A stretch of DNA of 64,000 bases from the NCBI GenBank assembly GCA_963811035.1, contig CAWEPO010000004.1, forward strand, positions 6,331 through 70,330. The letters are read 5' to 3'. Shown in pieces: positions 9,038 to 19,524 of this stretch. Source of the stretch: an uncultured Verrucomicrobiae bacterium. Its GTDB lineage: Bacteria > Verrucomicrobiota > Verrucomicrobiia > Chthoniobacterales > Chthoniobacteraceae. The position numbers and the translations under genes were made by a program. A model generated the notes under the pieces. That model was not told the origin of the DNA, did no database searches, and worked only from the letters and a program-made list of their open reading frames with translations. Positions within the stretch are counted from its first letter, which is position 1, and each line of letters begins with the position of its first letter.

Positions 9038-9039
9038 GG

Positions 9040-9831
9040 TTAGTCACTCTTGCGGAGAATCAGGCGCAGGGTGAGGAACCTTTTCACGAACCAATCTTTC
9101 CAGCCCCCCGCCTCGAGAGAGTACTCGGTGATGTGTGCGCGTTTTCCCAGCAACCGGCGGAGGTCGCCCTGGCGCACGCGGTGGACGGCATCCCGGTCTC
9201 GCCGGAAGGGCAGGTGAAAGACGGCCGGGTCGGAGAACACGGTAAACTGCGGCCGTCCGTTCATCGCCGTTTGCAAATCGCGGATGACGAGGCGGAAGGC
9301 GAGCCACACTTTCTGCACGCGCGACAAGTGACCGACGGAGGGCGGAAGGTAAAACGGCAGCTCATAGCGCGGGCTCTGCATGAGCAAATAGCCGCCCGGC
9401 CGCAAGCGCTGCCAAAGCTCCTGGGTGAATTCGCGCGGCCGGCAGACGTGCTCGTAGACATACGAGTGGAAGATGATGTCCCACGTTCCTTCAAGCTGCT
9501 CGACACTGCCGGTAACGACCACGTCCGACGTGCGGGAAAGAAACTCCGCGCAGCTTTCCACAACATCCTGGGAGGTTAGGTGAATCCCGTCGAGACCGCG
9601 GCTTCGCAAGTCCAGCCCAAACCCAGAGCGCCCCGCGCCCACCTCGAGGATGCGGCACGCTCCGCGCTCGGCTTGGAACTGCTTCGCGATCTCCCGAATC
9701 TCCTGCCACAAGGCGGGATGGTCCGATGGGGTGGCAAAAGCCGGATAATCCGCGGCGGTCCTGTAAAACTCCACGAGTCTGGACTCCAACCGGTGGAGCT
9801 CGTCCCGGTCTCTCACGCCGAGCAGCCTCAC
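9040..9831 (-). CDS. class I SAM-dependent methyltransferase
   Basis: Motif I is RILEVGAGRSGFGLDL, and LRPGGYLLMQSP follows downstream. I chose the GTG at 9831 because it forms a GTGA overlap with the upstream stop (9828..9830). The ORF track extends to 10068, but that stretch overlaps the upstream gene. Confidence 0.7.
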   Translation of the reverse strand: MRLLGVRDRDELHRLESRLVEFYRTAADYPAFATPSDHPALWQEIREIAKQFQAERGACRILEVGAGRSGFGLDLRSRGLDGIHLTSQDVVESCAEFLSRTSDVVVTGSVEQLEGTWDIIFHSYVYEHVCRPREFTQELWQRLRPGGYLLMQSPRYELPFYLPPSVGHLSRVQKVWLAFRLVIRDLQTAMNGRPQFTVFSDPAVFHLPFRRDRDAVHRVRQGDLRRLLGKRAHITEYSLEAGGWKDWFVKRFLTLRLILRKSD

Positions 9832-10841
9832 AACGCAATGCGTCCCTCCAAGACACGCAAATACTCCGCGGCGACTGACTTGGCGGAATGCTTCGCCAAA
9901 TGCGCGGGGGCGGCGGCACGATATGATTCGAGATGGGCCGTCGGGCTCAGCATGTCCGCGAGCCGGTTCGCGAGCATCTCCACATTGCCGCCTGGGAAAG
10001 TAACACCGCATGCCCCGACCGCCTCCGGCAAGCCGCCGGTGTGCGCAGCCACCACGACGCATCCACAAGCAATGCCTTCCAGTGCTACCAAGCCGAACGG
10101 CTCCTGCCAGCGCGACGGGACCACCAGCACGCGGTGGCGATTGAGCAGCGCCACCAACTCCGCGCCGCGCCGAGCCCCGGCGAAATCCACCTGTGCTTCC
10201 AGAGATAGCCGGTCTGCCTCCTGGCGCAACTTTTCCAGTTCCGGTCCGTCACCGATGATGGTAAGCCGGGGCCGCAGCTCGAGCGCCTTCAGCCTAACCA
10301 AGGCCTCCAATAACAAGTCGACGCCTTTATCCGGCACCAATCGGCCGAGGTAAACGACTTCCAGATTCCGCGTGTTCGCTTCATCGCGGCGAAACAACTG
10401 ATCCTGATAGGGATTCCCGATCACCTCCGCTGGTAGCTTCAGATGATCGGCAACGGCTCTGCTTACCGCGATGTTCGAAGCCTTTCGCGCCACATAACGC
10501 TTAAGTTTTTCCCTCCAGCCGGTGCGTCCGTCCACGCGGGTCAGCCAGGTATGATGCGCGATGACCATGGGGCGTGACACCATCAGGAGCGGCCAGGCCG
10601 TTCGGAGCGAGATATTGTTTTGTAACACCACGTCCGACCAACTCACGAGACCGAGCAGGCGGAAGGGGCCTGGCCTTCGCTCAATCTCAAACGGGAACGC
10701 GTCTTGACCGTCTCCCGCAGTCGCGGTCGCCACTTTCACCTGGTGGCCCACCGCGACAAACTCCCGCGCCAGAATGAGACCCACCTCCTCGGTGCCCCCG
10801 ACGCTCGGATGAAACAGATGCGAGCAGAGCAGGATCTTCAT
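9828..10841 (-). CDS. GT4-family glycosyltransferase
   Basis: MKILLCSHLFHPSVGGTEEVGLILAREFVAVGHQV...VYLGRLVPDKGVDLLLEAL...VVPSRWQEPFGLVALEGIACGCVVVAAHTGGLPEAVG (E-x7-E). The ATG at 10841 (aa 190 of ORF 9828..11408) forms an ATGA overlap with the upstream stop. Confidence 0.85.
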   Translation of the reverse strand: MKILLCSHLFHPSVGGTEEVGLILAREFVAVGHQVKVATATAGDGQDAFPFEIERRPGPFRLLGLVSWSDVVLQNNISLRTAWPLLMVSRPMVIAHHTWLTRVDGRTGWREKLKRYVARKASNIAVSRAVADHLKLPAEVIGNPYQDQLFRRDEANTRNLEVVYLGRLVPDKGVDLLLEALVRLKALELRPRLTIIGDGPELEKLRQEADRLSLEAQVDFAGARRGAELVALLNRHRVLVVPSRWQEPFGLVALEGIACGCVVVAAHTGGLPEAVGACGVTFPGGNVEMLANRLADMLSPTAHLESYRAAAPAHLAKHSAKSVAAEYLRVLEGRIAL

Positions 10842-11683
10842 GCCTGCACCGCGGAAGCCGCGCCAAAGCTTTCCCGGAGCGCCGGGAGCGACAAGGCATA
10901 GATGATCTCCCGCCGGCAGTGCGGCTTGGCGGCGGCAGGAAATACCTGGTGCGTACCCCAGCGCAGCAGCGCGGCGGCCAAGTGCTCCGGCGGATAGGCC
11001 TCGCGATGAAACTCGATGGCGAAGGCATCGATCTTCGCCATCTCCGCAGCGCCGAGGCTCTCGACGATCTCCAGCTCGGCACCCTCGCAATCCAACTTGC
11101 AGAGGCGCACTCGCTCGATCTCCTGCTCCCGGAGGATCTGCGGCAGGGTGGTTGCCTCGATTGCCATGGTGTCGCCCTCCGCGAAGCCGAGGCGTTCCGC
11201 GAAAACAGAAGAGGTGGTATTCATCCCTCCACCCAGGCGCGAAGTGCGAAACAGTTTCGCGGGGCCGGCGGCCGCTTTCACGGCCTTCCCGAAAACGGTG
11301 GCGGCGCCGGCCAGGCCGTTTCGCTGGAGGTTTCGCCGCAGGAACTCGAGATTCTCCGAGTCCGGCTCGAAGCTCAGGACCCGGCATTTTCGCCACGCCG
11401 CATAACACGCGAAGAAGCCTTGGTTGCCGCCGACATCCAGCACCACATCGCCCGGCCGCAACTCCAGGCCCGGCACATCATAGTCGCGGTCGAACCAGAC
11501 TTCGCCGAACATCCGGTGCGCGCCCGGCTTGCAATCGAAGGCGATCCCGCTCAGCCGATCGACGACATGAAACTCGTCCAGCGCATCGGCGCGCAACCGC
11601 TGCCAGAGCAGGCCGGCGGGATTGCCATAGTGCCGCCACGCTTGCGCCCACGAGGCGATTCGGGAGACCAGTCGGTTGCTCAT
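10838..11683 (-). CDS. FkbM-family methyltransferase
   Basis: VVLDVGGNQGFFACYAAWRKCRVLSFEPDSENLEFLRRNLQRNGL...CKLDCEGAELEIVESL. The ATG at 11683 shares one base with the upstream TAA (TAATG). An alternative GTG lies at 11704. Confidence 0.8.
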   Translation of the reverse strand: MSNRLVSRIASWAQAWRHYGNPAGLLWQRLRADALDEFHVVDRLSGIAFDCKPGAHRMFGEVWFDRDYDVPGLELRPGDVVLDVGGNQGFFACYAAWRKCRVLSFEPDSENLEFLRRNLQRNGLAGAATVFGKAVKAAAGPAKLFRTSRLGGGMNTTSSVFAERLGFAEGDTMAIEATTLPQILREQEIERVRLCKLDCEGAELEIVESLGAAEMAKIDAFAIEFHREAYPPEHLAAALLRWGTHQVFPAAAKPHCRREIIYALSLPALRESFGAASAVQA

Positions 11684-12837
11684 TACGATCGCGAAGAGGC
11701 GCACAGATCGCCGAGGAATTGCTCGGCCACCCGTTCGAGCGCGTGGCCGTCCGCCGGCTGCCGGGGGACGTTTTGAAAATCGGCGAGGCTGCTCCCGGCG
11801 GCCAGCAGGGGATGCCGTTCCTGCACCCGCCGCATCATCGCATCGCCAAACACCGGCTCGCGGCTGGCCAGCACCGGCAGGCCGTGCTCCATCATCGCCA
11901 CCGCCGCGCCGCTCTTCTCCAGCAAATCCGGCGGCGTCGTCGAGATTCCGAAGTGGCCCGCTTGCAGCCAGCGCGAAACCTCATCGGCCGGCAACGGTCC
12001 CGTCTCCAGAAACTGCAACGTCTCGTCGCTGGTGCTTTGCATTCGCTGCCATGCCTGCCGGCCCGCCTCGCCGAGGTGACCGATGGAAACGATCAAGCCG
12101 CGCTGGCCGCTCTCCGTGAGACGTAAGCGGAGAATCGGCAGCAAAGTCTCCGGGCGCCATTGCGGATAGAGACTGCCGAAAAGACAGAAGATGACGCGCC
12201 CGGCAGCCTCGGGCAGCCCCGCCGCCGCACGCAGCCATCCCGGCCGTTCGTCAATTGGAAACGCAATCACGGGAATATTGGAAAAGAGAGAGAGGCGCCG
12301 CGCGTTCCATCCGCGGCGTTCGAGCGCCTCGAGGTAAGGAGTAGCCTGGGTGTGCAAGACAGCCGGACGCAACCGGCGCACCAAATCGCGGATGATCCAT
12401 CGCTGCATCACCCCATAGATCCGGTCCCGCCAGCGAAGGCCGCGGCCGGCGGACCAAAGCTCGTGAAACATAATCTCCACCGGCGCATTTCCGCACAAAC
12501 CCGACAGCGGCTTGGCGAGCCCAAACGGCAATCCCTTGGAATGGTAGCCATAGGTGACAAACTGCACGCTTATCCAATCGACGCTGGCGGGGCGGAGAAA
12601 TTCCCGTGCCGCGGCGAACCGATCCGGCCAAGGAAGCTTCGCCGGCAATCGCAACTCCGCGACCCCCAAGCTCGAGCTTTCCTTCGGCGCCGCGACATAA
12701 GGATCGTGCAGGGCGATCATGCGGCCACCGCCCTGGAGGAGCGCCACCTGATGCGCGAGCGCCCGCGCGTAATCGCCGACTCCGGTGCGGCCCTGTTCCA
12801 GGCAAGGTGCAATGAATACGCCAGGCATGCATTTCAC
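11683..12837 (-). CDS. GT-B-fold glycosyltransferase-like protein (family uncertain)
   Basis: 384 aa. The N-terminal region has GRTGVGDYARALA. The C-terminal half reads VIFCLFGSLYP...GLIVSIGHLGEAGRQAW...GISTTPPDLLEKSGAAVAMMEHGLPVLASRE, which resembles a degenerate donor-binding domain. GTG start in a GTGA overlap at 12837. Confidence 0.45.
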   Translation of the reverse strand: MKCMPGVFIAPCLEQGRTGVGDYARALAHQVALLQGGGRMIALHDPYVAAPKESSSLGVAELRLPAKLPWPDRFAAAREFLRPASVDWISVQFVTYGYHSKGLPFGLAKPLSGLCGNAPVEIMFHELWSAGRGLRWRDRIYGVMQRWIIRDLVRRLRPAVLHTQATPYLEALERRGWNARRLSLFSNIPVIAFPIDERPGWLRAAAGLPEAAGRVIFCLFGSLYPQWRPETLLPILRLRLTESGQRGLIVSIGHLGEAGRQAWQRMQSTSDETLQFLETGPLPADEVSRWLQAGHFGISTTPPDLLEKSGAAVAMMEHGLPVLASREPVFGDAMMRRVQERHPLLAAGSSLADFQNVPRQPADGHALERVAEQFLGDLCASSRS

Positions 12838-13949
12838 GCGGCGGCCAGCCAGCGGAGGTAGAGAGACTCCAGCGCCGCGACCTGCCGTTCCCAGCTCATC
12901 TCCGCCACGCGCTCCCGACCGCGCACCGCCATCCCGGCCCGCTCGGCTTCATGCTGCAATAAATGCAGCACGGCCGCCGCCATCTTCTCCGCATCTCCAA
13001 AGGGGCACACCATTCCATCGATGCCATTGCGAATGCTTGCTCCGAATCCAGTGGGCGTCACCACCACCGCGCAGCCACACGCCATCGCCTCGGTGGTAGC
13101 CATCCCAAGCCCCTCGTACAGGCTCGGAAATAGCAATACTTTGGAGGTGGAAAGAATCTCTACCATGCGCGTTTCATCCAGCTTGGGATGGATGACCAGG
13201 CGCCGTTGCATCTCCGCCGGAATCTCCTGAAGTATCTTCCGCTCGGCACCCCAGGCCCCCAGGATGTGAAACTCCACGTCCGGGTCCGCCGCCAAAATGT
13301 GCTCGGCTGCGGCCATGAGCGTTTCGGGATCTTTTCGCGTGGTCCAGGTACCTAGATAGATGAACTTGTGCTCCTTCGGCCTGGTCCAATCCGCCTGCAA
13401 GTACGCATCATCCAACCCAGGCGCGACGGCGGCGCAACGCGCGGCGGGAAGCAACCCTCGAGAGGCGAGATGATCGGCATCAACCTGTGCGCCGGAGACG
13501 AAAGCATCGGCCATCGTGAACGCCCACCGATCAGCGCGATCGAGCACCGCGTTGAGCATGGCCTTCGGAATCCTCGAAACGATATTGCCGGATCGTGGAC
13601 TTGCACGCTGACGCTCCGCGGCGCTGGCGAGAAACTCCGGGCCGTGCGCGTGCGCGACCAGGAAAGGCCGGGAGCGACGCCGGCGCAGCCGCCGCGTCAA
13701 CGCACCAAACTCCGATCCGTAGCACTCCACGAGATCATAGGCTCCATCGATGATTCGCCCTTCCAGCCGCAACGCATCCTGCCGAATCTTGAGGCGATTG
13801 GCGCGGGGCCATGGTTCGTGAAATTCCGCCGGCCCAAACACATCGACGTGGTGGCCGAGACGGCGCAGTCCATCGGTCCACGCGATCACCGCTTTGCCGG
13901 AGCCCAGCGCCGGGTCCAACGGCGTGTTTGTGAGGCTGGCGATTCTCAA
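12834..13949 (-). CDS. GT4-family glycosyltransferase
   Basis: (L->M)[37 protein letters not shown]...[16 protein letters not shown]...[42 protein letters not shown] propose the TTG start at 13949, 10 nt after the upstream stop. The ORF-track start at 14126 would overlap the upstream gene by 167 nt. Confidence 0.8.
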   Translation of the reverse strand: MRIASLTNTPLDPALGSGKAVIAWTDGLRRLGHHVDVFGPAEFHEPWPRANRLKIRQDALRLEGRIIDGAYDLVECYGSEFGALTRRLRRRRSRPFLVAHAHGPEFLASAAERQRASPRSGNIVSRIPKAMLNAVLDRADRWAFTMADAFVSGAQVDADHLASRGLLPAARCAAVAPGLDDAYLQADWTRPKEHKFIYLGTWTTRKDPETLMAAAEHILAADPDVEFHILGAWGAERKILQEIPAEMQRRLVIHPKLDETRMVEILSTSKVLLFPSLYEGLGMATTEAMACGCAVVVTPTGFGASIRNGIDGMVCPFGDAEKMAAAVLHLLQHEAERAGMAVRGRERVAEMSWERQVAALESLYLRWLAAA

Positions 13950-13959
13950 ACGCGACCGC

Positions 13960-15225
13960 TCAAGGTTGCTGCTTGGAAAGCGCGATCTCGAAGGCCTCGA
14001 GCGTGAGGTCCATGGTGCGCTTCCACGAGAATTGTTTGGCGCGTTCCAAGCCGGCCTCGCGCATCTGCCGCCGCAGCTCCGAGTTGCTGACCACAGACCA
14101 GATGGCGGCGTGCAGCGCCTCCTCATCCCTCGGCGAAACCATCAAGCCAGCGGTCCCGACCACCTCGGGGAGCGAACTCGTGTTCGAGGTAATCACCGGC
14201 GTTCCAGACTGCATGGCCTCGAGCGGAGGAAGCCCGAAACCCTCGTAATGCGCCGGATAGATGAAAGCCTCGGCTCCGGAATAGAGGGCGGCGAGATCGT
14301 CGTTCTCGATCCGGCCGGGAGTGTGAATACGGCTTCGCACGGGACCCGCTCCTTCGATCTCCCGCAGCACGTCGTCGAAATTCCATCCCTTTGCGCCTGC
14401 GAGTACGAGATGGGTCTCGGTCTGCGGATGCGCCGCCAAAAGCTTGGCGAAGCAGCGAATCAGGTGCGCCAGGTTCTTGCGTGGCTCGAGGGTGCAGAGG
14501 CTCAGAAGATAAGGCGCCTCGGGCAGACCATACTTTGTGCAAACCGTTTTGATTCTCGCTTCATCCTGGACGTGGTAAAACTCCGGGCCCGCGGCGAGCG
14601 GGGTGACAAAGACACGCTGCGGATCGATCCCCGTGAACTCGCAGAAGTCTCGCTTGGTTGCTTCGGAAATACACACGGCCCAGTCGCGGCGGCCCCGCAC
14701 ACTTCTCACGACCGCGGCGTGATGTTCCCGCATGAAGTCCGCCGCCTCGCCAAAGAATTCCGGATACTTCACGGGAATCATGTCGAAAATCAGGAGGAAG
14801 CGGGCGCGCGCGCCGTATCTATCCACCTCCGGCAAAGGATAGGTAAATGAGTAGTAGACGTCGCAACCTTTGGAAGGCCGTCGACGAAAGGCGCCCGCAT
14901 GTAATACCTTCCTCGCCACTCGTGCCGGAAGGCTGCGGGCGCCGAAGCGATTGGTCCATCGATCGACCTGCATGCTCATGGAGCTTGGCACAAGAAAGTG
15001 CCAGCTTTTCTCCAAGGCCTGCGACGAGCCCGGCCAGAAATGTTCAAGGGCGCGCCGCGTCTTTGGCTCGGCCAGCGGGTGCGTCTCAGCTAGGAATCGG
15101 GCCTCCTGCCTCTGCGATCTCCTGGCCTCCGCGATCATATTGTGCACCACGCGATAGACACCAGCCATGGCGGCATCGCTGCCATAGGCGAGCCCAAGAG
15201 TCGAAGTCTCATACAGCACTCTCAT
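13960..15225 (-). CDS. GT4-family glycosyltransferase (tandem paralog 1)
   Basis: [26 protein letters not shown]...[21 protein letters not shown]...[41 protein letters not shown] overlap at 15222..15225. Confidence 0.85.
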   Translation of the reverse strand: MRVLYETSTLGLAYGSDAAMAGVYRVVHNMIAEARRSQRQEARFLAETHPLAEPKTRRALEHFWPGSSQALEKSWHFLVPSSMSMQVDRWTNRFGARSLPARVARKVLHAGAFRRRPSKGCDVYYSFTYPLPEVDRYGARARFLLIFDMIPVKYPEFFGEAADFMREHHAAVVRSVRGRRDWAVCISEATKRDFCEFTGIDPQRVFVTPLAAGPEFYHVQDEARIKTVCTKYGLPEAPYLLSLCTLEPRKNLAHLIRCFAKLLAAHPQTETHLVLAGAKGWNFDDVLREIEGAGPVRSRIHTPGRIENDDLAALYSGAEAFIYPAHYEGFGLPPLEAMQSGTPVITSNTSSLPEVVGTAGLMVSPRDEEALHAAIWSVVSNSELRRQMREAGLERAKQFSWKRTMDLTLEAFEIALSKQQP

Positions 15226-16490
15226 GCTTCACGTGGGCCGGAGAGTGCGGCCTTGAAGGCTTCCAGCGTGCGATCCATGGTCCGCTTCCACGAAAACTGC
15301 TTCGCTCGCACCAAGCCCGCCTGCCGCATTTCCTCCCGCAAAGCTGGCGTACTAAGTACCGACCAGATGGCGGCCTCGAGCGCCTCGGCATCCGTCGGCG
15401 GCACCATGACACCCGCGGTGCCGACGACTTCGGGCAAGGAGCTCGTATTCGAGGTGATCACCGGAGTCCCGCACTGCATCGCCTCAAGCGGCGGCAGGCC
15501 GAAACCTTCGTAAAAAGAGGGGAAGACGAACGCCTCGGCCCCAGAATAGAGAGCTGCCAAGTCGCGGTCCTCGACTCGGCCTGCGGTGTGAACGCGACTC
15601 CGAACCGGGCCCGCGCCTTCAATTTCCTGCAACACCGCGTCGAACTCCCAGCCCTTCGCGCCGGCGAGCACCAGGTGTGCATCCGTCTCGGGATGGGAAT
15701 GCACCAGCCTGGCAAAACAACGGATGAGATGCGCCAGATTTTTGCGGGGTTCCAGAGTGCAAAGGCTCAGAAGATAAGGGGCAGGAGGCAGGTGATACCT
15801 GGCGCGCACCTCCTGGATTGCCTCCTCATCCTTAACCTGGTGAAACTCAGATCCGGCGGCCAGCGGCGTCACAAAGACACGCCGCGGGTCTGTGCCGCTG
15901 AACTCGCAGTAATCGCGCTTGGTAGACTCCGACACACAAACAGCCCAATCGCGCTCGCTGCGGATACTCCGCACCCCGGCCGCGCAATGCTCTCGCATCG
16001 GCTCGGCGGCCTGGCCGAAGAATTCCGGGAACTTCACGGGAATCATGTCGTGGATCAGGAGGAAACGCGCCTTGGCGCCATACATGTCCACCCGCGGCAA
16101 AGGGTAGCTAAATGAATAATAGACATCCCAGCCTTTGGCCGGGCGCCGGCGGAGGGCGGTCGCGTGCATCAATTTCCGAATGGCTCGCGCCGGAAGGCGG
16201 CCGGCGCCGGAACGATTCGCCCATTGCTCTATTCGCATGACCGCGGCGTTGGGCAGCAGAGGGCGCCAACTGCTCTCTAAACTTCGCGATGAGCCGGGCC
16301 AGTAATGCTCTAGCGCGCGGCGCGTCATGGACTCCGCCATCGGATGCGTCTCCGCCAGGAACCTCACCTCCTGGGCCGGTGAGACGAGGGCCTCGGCCAC
16401 CATGCTTTGGATCACCCGATATACTCCTGCCATGGCGGCATCGCTACCAAAAGCGAGGCCCAGAGTTGAGATCTCATACAAGACTCTCAT
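15222..16490 (-). CDS. GT4-family glycosyltransferase (tandem paralog 2)
   Basis: [26 protein letters not shown]...[21 protein letters not shown]...[41 protein letters not shown] overlap at 16487..16490. Confidence 0.85.
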   Translation of the reverse strand: MRVLYEISTLGLAFGSDAAMAGVYRVIQSMVAEALVSPAQEVRFLAETHPMAESMTRRALEHYWPGSSRSLESSWRPLLPNAAVMRIEQWANRSGAGRLPARAIRKLMHATALRRRPAKGWDVYYSFSYPLPRVDMYGAKARFLLIHDMIPVKFPEFFGQAAEPMREHCAAGVRSIRSERDWAVCVSESTKRDYCEFSGTDPRRVFVTPLAAGSEFHQVKDEEAIQEVRARYHLPPAPYLLSLCTLEPRKNLAHLIRCFARLVHSHPETDAHLVLAGAKGWEFDAVLQEIEGAGPVRSRVHTAGRVEDRDLAALYSGAEAFVFPSFYEGFGLPPLEAMQCGTPVITSNTSSLPEVVGTAGVMVPPTDAEALEAAIWSVLSTPALREEMRQAGLVRAKQFSWKRTMDRTLEAFKAALSGPREA

Positions 16491-17446
16491 GCATGCGCCG
16501 TGGTCCTGGCTCGCGCGCGATCGATTCTATTCACCCACCCGGCAAAATACTCCGGCCCTTTCCCCATGAAGAGCGCCCAGAGGTGCAGGACCTGCAAGAG
16601 CGCGTAGATTGGCTGGATACGCAGCATTTCCAAAGGGTAGCGAAGCCAATCGCCCGGCGTCTCCTTCACGAAGGCGCGCAGGTAGTAACGAAGCCAAAAG
16701 GCGGGCATCCGCAGATGGGCGGCGTCCGGGTGGAGGCCAGCATAGATAAGCTCCGACTGCCGCTGCACGAAGAACGTGCGCACTGCGTCGACGCGGCGCC
16801 AGGGATGCACCACGACGGCCTCGGGAACGAAAGGGACCGTGCCGATGCGCGCCTGAATGCGCTTGTGCAATTCCGAATCCTCCATCGCCGCATGGGGAAA
16901 ACGGGTATCGAAGCCGCCGATCTCCTCGAAGAAATCGCGCCGGATGGCAAAATTGCAGGCCCAAAGATGGCCGCCGGCCTCGTTGATCGGCGCCGTCTCC
17001 AGAAACCGTTCACGCTTGCGCGGGGCAATCGTCTTGCCTTCGAGGACGAGCGCTTTTGGAGTGGATTGCAGCGCCCGCGCGTAGGCGGCGAGCCATCCGG
17101 CGGAAGGAAGGCAATCATCATCCAAAAAGACGAGCCATTCGCCAGTTGCATGAGCGGCGCCATGATTGCGATTGGCCGCCGGGCCGTGCTGAGGCCCCTG
17201 GGTCCAGCGAGCCCACGGGAATTGATTCTCGACCAGCCCCTGCGCGCTTGCGTCAGCGCGATCGTCCGTGACGAGGACTTCGTAGGTAAGCGCTCCATCT
17301 GCCGTGGACGCTTCGGCATTAGCGAGGTGCCGCACTTCTTCCTGAGCGCCCGGTACAAGAAGCGTGAGGCACTCTGCGAGAAGGTCCGGCCGACGACAGG
17401 TCGGGATGATGACACTAAAAAGCGGTCGCGCGGCGGAAGTGGTCAT
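16487..17446 (-). CDS. GT2-family glycosyltransferase
   Basis: MTTSAARPLFSVIIPTCRRPDLLAECL...EWLVFLDDDCLP (DxD). The ATG at 17446 (aa 9 of the ORF) forms an ATGA overlap with the upstream stop. Confidence 0.85.
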   Translation of the reverse strand: MTTSAARPLFSVIIPTCRRPDLLAECLTLLVPGAQEEVRHLANAEASTADGALTYEVLVTDDRADASAQGLVENQFPWARWTQGPQHGPAANRNHGAAHATGEWLVFLDDDCLPSAGWLAAYARALQSTPKALVLEGKTIAPRKRERFLETAPINEAGGHLWACNFAIRRDFFEEIGGFDTRFPHAAMEDSELHKRIQARIGTVPFVPEAVVVHPWRRVDAVRTFFVQRQSELIYAGLHPDAAHLRMPAFWLRYYLRAFVKETPGDWLRYPLEMLRIQPIYALLQVLHLWALFMGKGPEYFAGWVNRIDRARARTTAHA

Positions 17447-18438
17447 GCCGCGCGGCGCACGAGGGCACAATTAGCCAGCCGCGGCCGCACATGATAGCGA
17501 AACCACATATGCAGCCATTTCGCCCTTACCAACAACAGCTCGAGCGGCAGATACCCGAGCCGCCGCCAATACCCGGATAGGCGATGCGCGGTTCTTAGCC
17601 ACGGTCGAACGTCACCGGCGATACGGCACCAACTGCTCTCCGTGATCCGAGCCGGCAACTTGACGCCGATCTCGCGCTGGTCGCCGAAGGTGAAGTTGTT
17701 GGCCATATACGAGAGCGCGCGCGCGGTTTGGCGCATCCGGCACTCCGCGGTATAGCTAACCCAAGCCGGCACTCCTCTCCGCCCCAAGTATGTGACGTGA
17801 TAATACTGCTCGGGAGCCATGCGAACGCACGCGCCCTCCACGGGATTAAGAACGAGCGGTGGCGGAGCGAACGACGTGAAAGCCTGCGAGGTTTCGGGCT
17901 CCGGGGCAAGCGGCCCACTCCAGAGCTCACGCAGGTCGGCGGTGAGGCCAAACTGGCAGAGATCGCTCACGTGATAGAGGCAAGGGACCACTGCCGGATG
18001 CAGCGAACCTTGGACGGGTACCAGGATTCGCTCGCGGAAGAGCCGCCAGTTGCGCAGGCGTGGGGCCGAGACTCGATCGATCTCGAGAAAGCCAGCGCCA
18101 GTCAGCGGCGAATCGGTGCGCAACTTGAGCGTATACGGCCGGTCGGCTTTGGCGAGTCCGCGACTGGTGGAGACGAGTTGCCGATTTACATTATTCAACC
18201 GTGTCGGATGGTCGGGGTTTGGAGCAATCGCGCCGGGGTCTGTGCTGAAGACCACTTCATCAGCCGCCAGGCCAGCGACGTTTGCGCCTTCCCATGTAGA
18301 GACGATGATCTGCGCTTCAGGCAGGTATTTGCGCACGGAAAGGATGACGTCGCGGGTGAGAAAGTCGCTTTCCGGATCGGCCGCCGCCCGCACGATCGGC
18401 CCCTGCACAATTACTGATACGTCGCTCGCACGGGTCAT
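17443..18438 (-). CDS. WavE-like LPS/polysaccharide synthesis family protein (paralog 1)
   Basis: MTRASDVSVIVQGPIVRAA...DVILSVRKYLPEAQIIVSTWEGANVAGL...NNVNRQLVSTSRGLAKADRPYTLKLRTDSPL. It is collinear with the product of 23515..24645. ATG at 18438, with an alternative TTG at 18465. The family name is from memory of PF07507-type proteins. Confidence 0.5.
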   Translation of the reverse strand: MTRASDVSVIVQGPIVRAAADPESDFLTRDVILSVRKYLPEAQIIVSTWEGANVAGLAADEVVFSTDPGAIAPNPDHPTRLNNVNRQLVSTSRGLAKADRPYTLKLRTDSPLTGAGFLEIDRVSAPRLRNWRLFRERILVPVQGSLHPAVVPCLYHVSDLCQFGLTADLRELWSGPLAPEPETSQAFTSFAPPPLVLNPVEGACVRMAPEQYYHVTYLGRRGVPAWVSYTAECRMRQTARALSYMANNFTFGDQREIGVKLPARITESSWCRIAGDVRPWLRTAHRLSGYWRRLGYLPLELLLVRAKWLHMWFRYHVRPRLANCALVRRAA

Positions 18439-18465
18439 TGAGCGCAAAATTACGGCCGCCGGCAA

Positions 18466-19524
18466 TCAACTGGACGCCAATGATGCATACGCCTGCAGGT
18501 GCGCCTCGGCTGACCTTGGCCAGCTTAGATATTCCACGGCGAACCCGCGCATATTCCGGGACACCTCCTCCCGATAGCCTTCGCGCGAGAGGTACGTCCC
18601 GACTAATTCCATCATGAGATCGTCCTCGTCGTTGCCCACGACGGGAAAAATGCTGCCGCCGCCATAATCGCGGACTCCGCCGACATCCGTGGTGGCGAGG
18701 GGAAGGCCGCACGCCAGCGCTTCGACGACCGAATTGTTGGCCCCACTGTCGTTCATCGGAAGAAGCATGAGATCGGCTCGTTGATAGATTCGCAACAGCT
18801 CTTCATCGCTAATACCATGATGCCAGCGAATCGAAGGGAGCGCGCGCAACTGCCGCAACTCCGGCGCGCCGGCGGCATGCCTCGGCACCACGAAATCGAA
18901 CTCGATCTCACGGTGACATTCGACCAACCGAAGGACGATGCGGCACAGCATGGGCAAATTCCGCAAGAATTGGCCGGCAAACACTATTCTCGGCGTTCCA
19001 TTCCGAGCCACCTCCGAGGGACGAAAGAAATCGGTATCGACGCCATGAGGCACAAACCTCACCCGCCCGGCCCCCACGTGGCGCTCGAAGAAATCGAGAT
19101 CGCGCCGGTACAAGACGATCGCGGAGGAGAGGCGCTCGAGGTTTCGCACGGCGGGCGCTAGCCAGGCTGAACGCGGGAAGTGCAAGGTGCCTATCACCTT
19201 CTGCGGAAGTTTCGACGCGTCCGGCAGCAGCCAGCCGAAATCTTCGTAGCTCAAGATGTTTCCGATCGCCGGAGAATCCCGGCGCATCCTGGAGGCGAAG
19301 GAAAGTTCCGCGAACGTGAGGCTTTGATCGCGGCTGGGAATTCCTTTGCAGAGCGCATATATTTTGCCGATCGCCCGCCGGGCGGGAGTTCTCTTGTGGT
19401 GAATCACTTCAGTGCGCGGATGGGCTGCACAGAGGATGGCCGGCAGTTGCTCATAATAACCAGAATGTGTTCCATACCATCCAGTCTGCCGGGTGAGCAG
19501 GACCAAGGGAATCGCTGGATTCAC
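18466..19524 (-). CDS. GT4-family glycosyltransferase
   Basis: RIVFAGQFLRNLPMLCRIV...ADLMLLPMNDSGANNSVVEALACGLPLATTDVGGVRDYGG. GTG start in a GTGA overlap at 19521..19524. Confidence 0.8.
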   Translation of the reverse strand: MNPAIPLVLLTRQTGWYGTHSGYYEQLPAILCAAHPRTEVIHHKRTPARRAIGKIYALCKGIPSRDQSLTFAELSFASRMRRDSPAIGNILSYEDFGWLLPDASKLPQKVIGTLHFPRSAWLAPAVRNLERLSSAIVLYRRDLDFFERHVGAGRVRFVPHGVDTDFFRPSEVARNGTPRIVFAGQFLRNLPMLCRIVLRLVECHREIEFDFVVPRHAAGAPELRQLRALPSIRWHHGISDEELLRIYQRADLMLLPMNDSGANNSVVEALACGLPLATTDVGGVRDYGGGSIFPVVGNDEDDLMMELVGTYLSREGYREEVSRNMRGFAVEYLSWPRSAEAHLQAYASLASS

